Below are positions 1 through 15,575 of a DNA stretch of 64,000 nucleotides, in pieces. The notes beneath the pieces are model-generated. The model was not told the DNA's origin. It did not search any database and worked only from the letters and a program-made list of their open reading frames with translations. Numbering within the stretch: position 1 is the first letter of the stretch; each line of letters starts with the position of its first letter. The DNA comes from the human T2T-CHM13v2.0 reference genome, Homo sapiens: assembly GCF_009914755.1 (NCBI RefSeq), contig NC_060934.1. One strand, 5' to 3'. The translations under genes and the position numbers were made by a program.

Positions 1-199
1 AACAATAAAATCTCAGTCATATCAACTGTATATAAATGTTTGCAAAATGCTTATGAAACTTAAATTGACTATTTTCTTAATTATTACAAACAAGCATTCT
101 CACTTCACTTGTTTATTAATTTTTACAATCTCCTAAAACAAAAGAAAAAAGGAAGGAAGGCAAGCACACATAACCTGACTACTGGAATTAATGACAATA

Positions 200-1005
200 T
201 CCCATTGCATAGACTTTAAAATAAACATACAATTCAAAAAGACTTACTATCAAACAACTGGCTAAGCAAACTATGAAATATGACAAAAAGGTTATAATAT
301 CTGTAATAATATAAAGAAAGCTCATAACAAATATAAAAAACTCAAAACCCTAATAAGTACTAAATAACAATTCACTAAAAATACAAGTTGCTCATAAACA
401 TGAAAAAAATTCACCCTATTAAAGGAATGCAAATTGAAACAACGAAATATTATTTTCAAATATCCAATTAGCAGAGAAAGAGTAACATTCAATGCTGCAT
501 CCCCTTAGGATGTAAAACTCCTCCTGTTTTGGCCAAATATTTGTGTTTTAAAACAAGATAAACTGCAAATAAATAATTAATGCTTACAAGGGTGTGATGA
601 GTGAGATAAAAACACCCCAACACTGACTGAGGACAATGGCAGTCAGTACAACCTTTACACAATTTGTGAAGAGTGTCAGGAGATAGATTTTTGTGGCTTT
701 CAAGTTCATACCCTGTGATTATTAATTCTACTACTATGAATATACATTTTAAAAAATCAGAGATGCAGACAAAGGCTTGCAATGGTATTTATCCCAGTTG
801 CTTATAATGCTCCCTAGAACTGGAAACTACAATGTCAAACATTAAGGAAATGGGTCATTATAAGATTAAATATTATGCAGCCATTAAAAATGATCCTAAA
901 TTACTACTCATGAAGAGAAATGTAGAGGATAGATGTTAGGCAAAAAAGCAGGATCTACAATTTTAATGCAGTGTTAGCTAAAACTATGTTTAAAAGAAGG
1001 CAGAG
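200..1005 (+). mobile_element. Ancient L1 (L1ME-like) 3' fragment
   Basis: Degenerate L1 3' motifs (ggaatgcaaattgaaacaacg; aatattatgcagccattaaaaatga). Appears to resume at about 4100-4260. Confidence 0.55.
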
Positions 1006-1007
1006 AT

Positions 1008-1290
1008 TTTGTACTTGCTAATTTGCCAAATTCATTTATTAGTTCCAGTAGGGCTTTGTTGTGAAGTCTTTATGGTTTTCTAAGTATAAGATTATATCAT
1101 CTGTGAACAGACACAATTTTACTTCTTTCTTTCCAATTTAAATGCTATTTGTCTTTTTCTGGTCTAATTTCTGGACTATAACTTCAAATACTATGTTGAG
1201 TGGACATGGCAAAAGCAGGGATCCCTTGTCTTATTCTTGATCTTAGAGGAAAAGCTTTCAGTCTTTCACCATTGACTAGGATATTACCTA
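1008..1290 (-). mobile_element. L1 ORF2 RT segment, inverted 5' part of the adjacent L1
   Basis: Reverse complement reads AATGGTGAAAGACTGAAAGCTTTTCCTCTAAGATCAAGAATAAGACAAGG...TTCACAGATGATATAATC (FADD region). Confidence 0.8.
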
Positions 1291-1318
1291 AGCAACAGGA
1301 TATGAAATCAACACATAA

Positions 1319-1482
<164 letters not shown>

Positions 1483-1675
1483 ACTAGTTTCTATATAACA
1501 ATAATGAATAATTTGAAAATGAAATTAACAAATAATTCCATTTGCAAGAGCATCAAAAAAGAATAAATTACCTAGAAGATGAAATAAACAAAACTACAAA
1601 ACATAACTGAGCAAAATTAAAGAAAACATAAGTAAAAAGACACCCCTGTTCAAAGACTAGAAGACTTAATATTTA

Positions 1676-1678
<3 letters not shown>

Positions 1679-1706
<28 letters not shown>
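1679..1706. repeat. (GT)14 microsatellite at an Alu tail
   Basis: Direct reading. Confidence 0.95.
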
Positions 1707-1986
1707 AGTTTTAGAGACAGGGTCTCACTCTGTCACCCAGGCTTGAGTGCAATGACACAATCATGGCTCACTGCAGCCATGAACTCCTGGGCTTATGCAA
1801 TCCTTCAGACTTAGCCTCTCAAGTAGCTGAGACTATAGGCGTGAGCCACCACACTCGGCTTATTTTATTTTATTTTTTTTGCAGAGAAGGGGGCTCGCTG
1901 CATTGTTCAGCCTGGTGTTGAGCTCCTGGCCTCAAGCAATCCTCTCGCCTTAGCCTCCCAAAGAGCTGGGATACAGCACCCAGCCC
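1707..1986 (-). mobile_element. AluJ-like
   Basis: Diverged antisense Alu dimer. Confidence 0.85.
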
Positions 1987-3598
1987 TTAATATTAAGATG
2001 TCTACCACCCAGATCCATCTACAGATTCAATTCAATCCCTATCAAAATCCAAGTGACCTTTTTCTGGAGAAAAAGAAAAATCTCTCCTGAAATTCATACA
2101 GAATCTCAAGGGACCCTGAATAACCAAAACTATCCTGAGAAAGAAGAAAGTTGACGGAAAAACATTTCCTGATTTCACAATGTACTACAAAGCAACAGTA
2201 ATCAAAACAGTGAGCTGGTATCAGCATAAGAACATACAGACCAATGGAATGGAATAGAAAGCCCAGAAACAAACCCTTGCATATACAGTCAAAATATTTT
2301 CTGTAACAGTGTCAAGACCATTCACTGGGGCAAAGGCAGTCTTTCCAACAAATGGTGCTGGAAAAAGTGGACATCTACACGTAAAAAAAAGCTGGACCCT
2401 TACATGATATTCCAAACTTAAAATCAATTAATTCACCAAAATTTGTGATCTAAAACTATACAACTTTTAGAAGAAAACATAAGGGGAAAAGCTTCATGAC
2501 ATGGATTTGGCAATTTTTTTTTAATACAACAACAAAGGCATAAGCAACAAGCGGAAACAGACAAGTTGGGCTTCATCAAAATTTAAAACTTTTGTGCAGC
2601 ACGGGCCACTGCTAACACAGTAAAAAGGCAACCTGTAAAATGAAAGAAAATGTTACCAAATCATGTATCTAAAAGGGGATTAATATCAAGAATACATAGA
2701 GAAATCCTAAAACTTAACACCAAAAAAAACAAATGATCCAATTCAAAAACAGGCAAAGAACTTTATGAATAGATATTTCTCAAAAGACATACAAATGGCC
2801 AAGAAGCACATGAAAAGATGCTCAACATCACATTAAGCATTAGAAAAATATAAAACAAAACCACAATGACATGCCATTTCACACCTACTGAGAAAGTAAA
2901 TACCAAAAAAATGAAAGTAAATGTTGGTGAGGATGTAAAGAAACTGGAACCCTTACACAATGCTGGTGGAAATGAAAAATGGTGCAGCCACTTGGAAAAC
3001 AGTATGAAAGTGCCTCAAAAAATTAAAAATGCAATTACCATCTGATCCAGCAATTCTACTCCTGGGTATATACCCAAATAGTTGAACACAGAGGCTTGGG
3101 CAGATATTTATACAGCCATGTTCATACCAGTATTATTCCCTATAGCCAAAAGCTGGAAGTGACACAACTGTCCATTAATGGGCAAATGGATGAAAAGAAC
3201 GTGGTGTATAAACACAATGGAATGTTATTTTGCAATAAAAAGGAAGAAAATTGTGACACATGGTTTAACATGCATGAACCCTGAAGACATTGTCAGTGAA
3301 ATGAGCCCCGTTACAAAAGGACAAATACTGTATAATTACATTCATATGAGATACTCAGAGACCGAAAGTAGAATGGTGGGCCAGGAAGACGGGGGAATAA
3401 GGAACTGCTCTTTAATGAGTACAGTTTCAGTTTTGCAAGACAGAAAATGTTCTGTGTTTGGATGACAATAGTGGTAACACACAACACGAATGTACTTACT
3501 ACCAATGACCCGTGTACTCAAAAACAGTTAAAATGGCAAATTTTATGTTAAGTACATTTTACCACAATTAAAAATTTTTATTAAAAAATTTAGCAGAG

Positions 3599-4060
<462 letters not shown>

Positions 4061-4454
4061 GTATGGCAAAAAAAAAAAGGAACCAGAGCAATATGTTTCA
4101 TAAGAAAATATATCAAAAATTACATATATTAGTATATATATAATATATATGAGTTATCTCTTAGTAATAGGACTAAAAAGATAATCCTCTATTACTTTCA
4201 TACCACAGTGTTTTCCAAATTTTTCATCACTTTTTCTTTTGTATATGATAAAGTTAAAAAGAAAAGGTTGGTGATTGTTTAAGTAGGCCTAATTTCAAGG
4301 CTAAGAGGTTTTCAACAGAAACAACTTTGTAAAATTATGACAAAATTATCATTAAACAGTATTTTCCAATAAAAATTCTCTCTAAAATCAGTATTTTATG
4401 AATACAACAGAAATTCATCTCAATCTTAATTGCCTTTAAGAAAGGGCAAAAATT

Positions 4455-4781
<327 letters not shown>

Positions 4782-6087
4782 TTAACTCTGATACTGATGT
4801 ATAGTTTTTCATATTATTGATGCTACTGCTTCGTGCTTTTGAGAATTCTCATATAAAATTCACCTATACATCTAATTATTCATAATTTCTCATAAATTGT
4901 ATCCAGTTTTTGGGTTAAGGTCTATAAAATTAAAATCATGCTTTTGGGTTAAGGTCTATAAAAGTTTAAAATGGTTTAAACTTTTTATATGAACAATTCA
5001 ACATACTCATTAAATATTTTTTAAAACCTACTATGGATAAAATTATCTTCTTTAGTTTGCTATGCAAAATTTTCTATTGAAACTGCAGGTCACAGACAGA
5101 TATTATTTTCATCTTTCAATATTATATTTTGTTTTTAAAAATGCCACTGATTCCATTCACTCTCTTCCCTCCCTTCCTATCCTGTCTTTTTATTCATATC
5201 TCCACTGACTTCTTAAAAAAGAATAATCAAATAAACAGATCTATTAAATTTCTATTCTATACAGAAAAGCATCAGGATTAACTAAAATAGAAAATTTATA
5301 TGCATTAAAATTATTAGCAAGCAGAAGCTATCCTTGTAATTAGTTAATTTGCAGGCTTAAAAAATTGAAAGGAACTACCCTAACTCATTAGTTATATCAA
5401 ATACCTGCAATAATGTTTCAGCAGCTTTTAAAATATTTCTTTGATAGTAACATAAGAAGAAAACTTTACAAATATTGCAAATTTGTTATATGCTAGATGT
5501 TCTGCCAGAAAACAGCAATAACAATAGTTAAATGAATGTGGCTCTTTTCCTAATACAATTTAATGACCTTGTTTACTTCCTGTTTCTTTTCTTAAATAAA
5601 ACTCTTCAAAGTACCAGAGAATTTACTGAAAATTATTATATTTTCTTAAATGAAACATGTCCTGATAAGTAATTTAATCCATTACCTGAATAATTACACA
5701 TTAAACATCTATCACCCACAATGATTTACTGATTAACAAACCAAGAAGAATTACTCGTTATTAAATGTTTTAATACAAAGTATGTTCCATCTCCCACTTA
5801 ACAAAGTTTCATTCAGCAAAGTTGTTCCACGTGGCATACAGTCAACTATCTCTCAGGTCCCTTTAATCCAATTTATATTTTAATTTGATAGAATAAACTT
5901 ATTCATTAACTACATACGCTGACAGAATACTAACAAAGAGACACCTAAAGTTGTTTTAACAAAATGAAGGCAGCGTTTTAAAATCTCTGCCAGATTCATC
6001 AGAGACTCTTCAAAAATATTAATTTATAAATCAGTAAGATGAATCTAAACTTCTATTTAATTCTTAGTCTTAAATTTTCATTTATTC

Positions 6088-6388
6088 TTTTTTTTTTTGT
6101 TAAGAGATGGGGTCTCACTCTGTTACTCAAGCTGGAGTGCAGCAGTGTGACAGTAACTCACATTGACTTGGATTCTTGGGCTCACGTGATCCTCCCACCT
6201 CAGCCTCCCAAGTAGCTGGGACCACAGGTATGTGCCACCACATCCAGCTATTTTTTTTTTTTTTTTTTGGTAGAGATGGGGTCTCGCTTTTTTGCCCAGG
6301 CTGATCTCCAACTCCTGGCTTCAAGCAATCGTCCTGCTTCAGCCTCTCAAAGTGCTAGTTTTACAGGTGTCAGTCACCAAACCTGGCC
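6088..6388 (-). mobile_element. AluJ-like, about 75 nt from the exon donor
   Basis: Antisense Alu dimer. Confidence 0.9.
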
Positions 6389-6456
6389 TTTGTTTTGTTG
6401 TTGTTGTTCTTTGTTTTAAACGAACAAATGAAAATGCTTAATGAAACAGGAATAGA

Positions 6457-6462
6457 TCTTAC
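6457..6462 (-). promoter_or_regulatory. 5' splice donor GTAAGA
   Basis: TTG|GTAAGA on the minus strand. Confidence 0.88.
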
Positions 6463-6627
6463 CAATGCAGGCCACTGAATCTGTTTGCTCTTTGATCCCT
6501 GAGTCTGGCTAGGGTCATTCCTTTTGGCCCAGATTAAGTGGTATTCCACCAAGAAAGTTGAAAAATCTTCATAAACTTTAACCCACTCTCGTTTATCCCA
6601 TTCAAGATCATCAAATTCCACATACAC
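6463..6627 (-). CDS. JMJD1C: Internal coding exon (165 bp, 55 codons, phase 0/0) of JMJD1C, probably exon 2
   Basis: Minus strand reads TTTGTTTTCATAG|GTGTATGTG...CCTGCATTG|GTAAGA (canonical acceptor and donor). The translation VYVEFDDLEWDKREWVKVYEDFSTFLVEYHLIWAKRNDPSQTQGSKSKQIQWPAL matches the JMJD1C/KDM3-family N-terminal region as I recall it. Confidence 0.93.
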
Positions 6628-6658
6628 CTATGAAAACAAAAACACAAAATTCAATTAG
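6628..6658 (-). promoter_or_regulatory. 3' splice site: branch point, polypyrimidine tract, AG
   Basis: Minus strand has CTAAT (6658-6654; branch A at 6655, 28 nt upstream of the exon), then TTTTGTGTTTTTGTTTTCATAG. Confidence 0.8.
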
Positions 6659-6680
6659 CAAAATAGAAGAGTGGTATATC

Positions 6681-6928
6681 TTTTTTTACTAATGCATAAT
6701 AATTGTACATATTTATGGGGTACATATGATATCGTGATACATGCACACAATGTGTAATGATCAAATCAGGGTAATTAGAATATCCATCACCTCAAATATT
6801 TATCATTTGTGTTAGAAACATTTCAAATCCTCTTCTAGCTATTTTGAAAAATACAATAAATTATTGCTAACTATGGTTACCATACTGTGCTATCGAACAC
6901 TAGCACTTACTCCTTCTATCTAATTGTA
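6681..6928 (-). mobile_element. L1MA-like extreme 3' end
   Basis: Reverse complement TACAATTAGATAGAAGGAGTAAGTGCTAGTGTTCGATAGCACAG...CCCCATAAATATGTACAATTATTATG followed by A8. Confidence 0.85.
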
Positions 6929-7795
<867 letters not shown>

Positions 7796-8061
7796 TTCAA
7801 AATATAAGCCATGAACTTGAATTAGAAAGGACATTAACAAATTCATTCTTTAACTTAACATTTTTCATAAAACCATCATTTAACTTCCCTTAATCAGATT
7901 ATACCCCTTAGTTATGACAGGGAGATAAACCATAACTATATCAAGTAAAGCAATTTACAGAGTGTTGATCAGTAAAGATTAGCCCATTATCTTCTAAATG
8001 TACACTAAATAATGATGTCTGTACTGATGACTCTAGAAGGAGAGGTTAGAAAATGTTTTTA

Positions 8062-8365
<304 letters not shown>

Positions 8366-8369
8366 GAAG

Positions 8370-8530
8370 AGAGTAAATAGTAAATACTTCATATTTTGCA
8401 AACCAGATGGTTTCTGTCATAATTGTTTCCTTCTGTCTCTGTCACAGACAGAGACAACCACAGACAATATGTAAACAATTGAGCTTGACTTTATGCTAAT
8501 AAAACATTACTTACAAAGGTAGTCAATGGT
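8370..8530. mobile_element. MER58-like hAT MITE fragment
   Basis: agtaaatac...cagacaatatgtaaacaattgagcttgactttatgctaataaaacattacttacaaa motif. Confidence 0.6.
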
Positions 8531-8792
8531 ACAAAGATGGCTCAACATATGACGTTCAATTAATGTAATATACATTAACAGAATAAAGGAAAAAAATCAT
8601 CTTTAATGATGCAGAAAAAGCATCTGACCAAATTCCATGGCTTTTCATGATTAAAAACATGCAACAAACTAGGAACAGGATGAAAATATCTAAATATAAA
8701 AAGGTCTATATGAAAAACCCACTGCTAACATCATACACAACAGTAAAAAATCAAAAGCATTTCCTTTAAGATGGGAACAAGACAAGGATGTT
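8530..8792 (+). mobile_element. L1 ORF2 RT fragment
   Basis: gatgcagaaaaagcatctgaccaaattcca (DAEKAFDKI-like) ... aacaagacaaggatg. Confidence 0.75.
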
Positions 8793-9577
8793 ATAATTTG
8801 GAAAACTGAAGCTGACTCTATGCTCATAGGACATTCAATCATTCAACCCTTCGCTCCCCTACTTTCATTCTTTTGCGCTGGAAGCAGTCTTCTCATCACC
8901 TATATTTTTATCCTAATTCTGCCACCCATCTTCTGCTCCCTTACACCTGAAGAGTTTCCATTTCCACTTATTTGAATCATGGTTGCTCTTTTGGCCTAGC
9001 TCAAGTTCTTCCATGATGTTTACATCCCCCAACTTCAACTCCAACTTAGCTTTGAATTTCTACTGCAATTACTTTTTTTATAGCTTACACTGTATTAGTA
9101 TATAAGCAAATACCGTCCTATATTTTTAAGTGTAATAAAAGTATCTTTAAATTATGCATGTAAACTCACTTAAGGTAGAACTGTTCTTTCATTTATTTTT
9201 AGTGCTCACTACAGTGCTGCATACATATAAAGTTTTTAATTAACATTAAAAATCTCCTGACTCTTAGACTCAATCATGGTCTTTAAAAAATAAAAGCAAC
9301 CTGGTAAAAGGTTAAGTTTGATTTGGTGGTGTTTATACTGCTGCCCACTAGGAAGCTTCTTTAAAAAAAAAAAAAAAGCTTATCTATTAGAATATCCACT
9401 AAAGATATTCATTAAAGCTTATCTATTAGAATGAGGAAAGAGAAATGCACTGGTCAAGGAGTTAACATCTGTTTCTAGTTAACTATCCATACCAAGTCAA
9501 GGAAGAAATCCAAGTCAAGGAAGAAGCCAACAAAACAGCTGGCTATTTCTAATAAAACCCATCGTTAAGGGTACCTC

Positions 9578-9855
<278 letters not shown>

Positions 9856-9857
9856 TC

Positions 9858-11960
9858 AAAAACAATGTACACACTTTAACTTAAAAATGTTCTTACTGCC
9901 AAAAAACGGTAACAATCATCTGAGCTTTCAGAGAGTTGTAGTATCTTTTTGCCGATAAAGTGCCTTGCCTCAACGTTTTTGGCTGCTGACTGCTCAGGGT
10001 GGTGGTAGCTCAAGGTGGGGTGTTTGTGACAATTTCTTAAAATAAGACAACAAAAGTTTGTCACATCTATTAATTCTTCCTTTCATCAAAGATTTCCCTA
10101 GGGCATGCAATATTGTTGGCCACTTTACCCACAGCTGAACCTCTTTTGAAACTGGAGTCAATCCTCTCACAAGCTAAGGTTGCATTATCACCAACGGTTA
10201 AGTAGTATTCAGTTCTATTTCAAAAAACCATGTTCTTTGCCCATCCATAAGAAACAATGCCTCATCCATTCAAGTTCAACCATGAGATTACAGCAGTTCT
10301 CTCACATCTTCAAGCTCTAGTTTTGATTACAAATCTCTTGATATATCTACCACATCTGCAATGACTTCCCCCTTGAAAGTCTTAAACACCTCAATGTTGA
10401 TATTATGACCTCCTCCCATGAATCATGAATGTTCTTAATGGCATCTAGAATACTGAATCCTTTACAAAAGGTTTTCAGTTTACTTTGCTCAGATCCATCA
10501 GAGGAATCACTATCTCTGGCAGCTATAGCTTTACAAAATGTATTTCTTAAATAATAAGACTTGAAAATCAAAATTATTCCTTGATCTATGGGCTGCAGAA
10601 TGAAAATTGTACTAGCAGGCATGAAAATATTAATCTCCTTGAGAGCTCTTGGGTGACCAGATGCACTGTCAATGAGAAGTAATACTTTGAAAGGAATCTT
10701 TTTCTCTGAGTAGTACATCTCAACAGTGGGCTTAAAATATTTAGAAAAACCTACTATAAACAGATGTGTTGTCATCCAGGCTTTGTTGTTCCATTTACAG
10801 AGCACCTGCAAAGTAGATTTAAAATAATTCTTAGGGGCCCTAGGATTTATGGAATGGTCAATGAGCAATGACTTCAACAAAAAGTCACCAGTTACTGTAG
10901 TCCCTAACAAGAGAGTTGGCCTGTCCATAAGGCTTCTCCATATCAGCAATAACAACGTTTCACTTTCTTATCATCCCTGTGTTTACTGGAGTAGCACTTT
11001 TAATTTCCTTCAAAAGCTGTTCCTTGGCAATAACAACTTGTCTAACTGTGTGGTGCTACAGGCCTAGCTTTGTGCTCTGTCTTGGCTTTGACATGCCTTC
11101 CTCGCTAAGCTAGCTTTCTGATTTCAAGTTAGAGATGTGTGACTATTCCTTTCACTTGAAAACATACAGGCAACTATAGGATTATTAATTGGATTAATTT
11201 CAATATTATTGTGTCTCAAGGAATAGGGAGGTCCGGAGGTTCAAGAAGAGGGAAAGAGACAGGGGAATGGCTGGTTAGTGGAGCAGTCAGAACACACATA
11301 GTGTTCTGGATTAAGTTTGCCTTCTTATACGGGTGTGGCTTCTGGTGCCCAAAACAATTACAATGCTAACATCAAAGATCACTGATGACACATCACCATA
11401 AGAGATGTAATAGTAATAATAATAAAAGTTTGAAATATCGTGATAATTGAAATGTAACAGACCCATGAAAATATTTTTCCACGTGCAGATGGAAAAATGA
11501 AACCGACAGACTTAATAGATGCAAAGTTGTCACAAATCCCATGCCTTCCCTGCCCCCGCCTTTTTTTTTTTTTTTTTTTTTTTTTTGCTTTTTTTTAAGA
11601 GATAGGGTCTTGCTCTATCACCCAGGCTGGAGTATAGTGGTAAGATCATAGCTCCCTGTAGCCTCCAACTCCTAGGCTCAAGCAATCCTCCCACCATGGC
11701 CTCCCAAGCATCTGGGACTACAGGTGCATGTTACCATGACCCGGCTAATGTTTCTTTTTTAAATTTATTTTAGACATGGGGTCTTGCTATATTGTTCAGG
11801 CTGGTCTCAAACTCCTGGCCTCAAGCAATCCTCTCACCTCAACCTCCCGAGTAACTGGGATTACAGGTGCATGTCATTTCACCTATCATAAAACCTCAAA
11901 TTTATTTAAAAACATTCAGCATCTGCTAAGTGCAATAAAGCAAACTACGATAAAAAATGT
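9858..11960 (-). mobile_element. Tigger1 DNA transposon, internally deleted, with an Alu inserted at 11561-11885
   Basis: ORF 10347-10955 resembles Tigger1/TIGD1 transposase ([51 protein letters not shown]). The 5' terminal region is recognisable at about 11900-11960. Confidence 0.88.
11561..11885 (-). mobile_element. AluJ-like
   Basis: Long T-tail and antisense dimer. Confidence 0.88.
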
Positions 11961-12019
11961 ATATTTACTTATATATAGGTTTGTATAACCCAGGATACTC
12001 CAGATCCTGATTTGAACAG

Positions 12020-12190
12020 TATTTTAAGACAATAAAAAGTAGAAAAAAATGAAGAAGAAATATAACAAAAATGTTCAGAGCATATACGGTGAAAACTACA
12101 ATACACCAAACATGGAAACTTAAGTCTTAAATAGATACACTGTGTTCACAAATGAAAAGATTCACTATTGTAAAGAATAAACTCTCTTTG
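12020..12190 (+). mobile_element. Old L1 (L1MC/MD-like) ORF2 fragment; appears to continue at 19930-22250
   Basis: gaaaactacaatacacc...tgtgttcacaaatgaaaagattcactattgtaaaga. Confidence 0.55.
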
Positions 12191-13703
12191 GATGCAGGCT
12201 AACCCTAAAAAATGTGAAACATACACACATACACAGACACACACACACACACACCCCAAAAAGAGTAAGTTATCTCCCAAATCAACAGCCCTGAAGGAAA
12301 ACACAAGGTACTAGCCGGACCCCACCCTCCCTAGCAGTGGGGTAACTAGGCATTTTCATATGCCCTAAATACAAACTTCACAGACCCCAGAATCTGTACT
12401 GTGGGCTACTGCTGCCAGGGTCAACACCCTAGCAAAGTGCACCTGCCCAGTTACCAGTTGCCTGCCTACAGCTGCTCCAACAGAAAGCAACCCACCTTCC
12501 CCAGTAGCAGGGCTGCAACATGATGGCTGGAGCCCTCACCTGACCATTCCACTGGTAGTCTGGGGATCATGCCACCCCTGTTGACCACAGCCAGTGCCTG
12601 CACAAACAATCAGGGAACCTGAGGACGGGTCTGCTCATCCAAGCTCAGCCCCCTCCAGTATGTAAGCACATTGCTCAGGGTCTGGAGATTACCTTGCTTA
12701 GTCTACCACCATTGGTACCTGAGCACTTTTTCCAGGGGCCAGGGTCCATTCAACTGACCACTATCACCAAAGCTGACACCCACCCACATGTGGGCACCTG
12801 CAGCAGGCCTGGAGACTGATTTAGTCAGCCTGTCACAACCTCTGCCAACACCAAAGTGAAATGCTTGGGTTCCAGGGGGTTGTCTTGCCACTGCTACTGA
12901 CATCAACTATGCCACGCCTACCGCCCAGGGCCCAGTAACCTGCCCACTCATTCACCCCACTACTGCCATTCCTGGCACCCAAGCAAGCTGCCTGGAAGCC
13001 CAAGAATCGACCTGCACAGACCCACTAACTCTGGTGGCAGCATACGCCACACTGAAGCCCCAAAACAGACATGATCTTCTGACTACCACCAAAGGAGCCC
13101 AAAGTGGCCCATGTGGCAACCCATTCCCTAATAAAATGTCACCACAGCTTCCATTAAGAACCACCCACTAAACCACAGAAGAAATCACAGACAACACTGA
13201 CCCTGTTTAATGCCTAAAAAAATCACATGGAGTCTACACCACTGCATATATCCAGAATCAAAGCAAAAGTGCCCTACCCAACCAACACCACAGATACATC
13301 TCTAGGAAAAATTCCTCCCCTATGAAAGGAAATTCAAACTATTGGAAGAAGTGACTGTCAATACCTGATGCATAGATATCAATGTAGAAATAAAAGAAAC
13401 AAGAAGAAGCAAGAAAATGTGAATCCATGATAATAAATTCAAAGGAACACAGTAATTCTCCAACAACAGATTCCAATCAAAAAGAAATTTATAAAATCTT
13501 GGAATTGAAAATATTGATACTAAAGTATTCTGTTACACTGAGACACAAAGAAAATAATACAAAGAAAAGAAAAACAATTCAGGATATGAATGAAAAATTC
13601 ACCAAAGAGACAGCATAAAAAAGGATGAAACAAATTCGGGACCTGATGTATTCATCGAATCAAACAAAATACATTCAAACCTTCAACAGACTAGATCAAA
13701 TAG

Positions 13704-14094
<391 letters not shown>

Positions 14095-15201
14095 GAAAAA
14101 AGAAAATTTAAATTTCCTTAAAGAACGAGCAAATCCTCATCACATATAGGACATCATAAAGCTACCAAATTTTCAAATTTTTTGTGTTTGAGGAGGCAAC
14201 AAGAAAACTTGAAGGGCTAGAAAGTCTGTTTAACAAAATAATAGATGAAAACTTCGCAAGGCTGGCAAAAAGTTTAGATACTCAGATAAAGCACAAAGAT
14301 CCCCAAAGGTATATAACTCAAAAATATCTTTTCCAGAGCACCTTATAGTAAAAATGTCACTAAGTCAAAGACAGAGAATTCTTTAAAAAGCAAGACATAA
14401 CTATCTAGTCACTTATTAATGAACCCCAATCAGACTAACGGCAGTTTCTCTGCACAATCCTTACAGGGCAGAAGACAATGGGATAATAGGTTCAAAAAGC
14501 TGAAGGAGAAAAAAAAAAAAGCCGAATATACTATACCAAACAATGTTATCCTTCATAAATGATGGGGAAATAAAGTCTTTCCTAAACAAGTAAAAGCAAG
14601 AAAATTCATCATCACTAGACCAAATCTACAAGAAATGCTTAAAGGAGTCTGATGCTGGGAAAATAAAGAATGGTATCTATCATCATGAAAACACACAGAA
14701 TATAAACCCCAGTGGTAGAGCAAATACAATCAAGGAAGAGAAAAGCCTCAAACGATAGCACTACAGAAAACCACCAAACCACAATGTTAACAAGAAGAGA
14801 GAAAGGAACAATGAATACACAAAACAACCAGAAATTAAGTAATAGAATAACAGGAATAAGCCCTCACATGTTAATAATAAAACAGATTAAAGTGTCAGAC
14901 TAGTTGAAATGATTTAAAATAATGGCACAACTATATGCTGCCCAAAAGAAACTCATCTCCCCTATAAAGGTACATATAAACTGAAAGTAAAGGAATACAA
15001 AAGACATTCCATGCAAATAGAAACCAAAAGTGGGGAGAAGTAGCTACAATTAAACAGTCAAAAGCAGTAAAAGGAGACAAGGTAATTATATAACGATAAA
15101 AGAGATTGATTCATCAAGAAAATATAACAATTCTAAACATATATGCACCAAACAGCAGAGGACCCAGATGTATAAAGCAAATATTATTAGACCTCAATGG
15201 A

Positions 15202-15575
<374 letters not shown>

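Noticed and set aside
6370-6462. Extension of the 85-aa ORF (VRSIPVSLS...) and its annotated start 'M'
   Set aside because: Read-through past the GTAAGA donor into intron and Alu; the first codon is GTG (Val) right after the acceptor.
8434-8456. Perfect 10-bp hairpin tgtctctgtc-aca-gacagagaca
   Set aside because: Too short for a pre-miRNA and lies in a palindromic MER58-like MITE.
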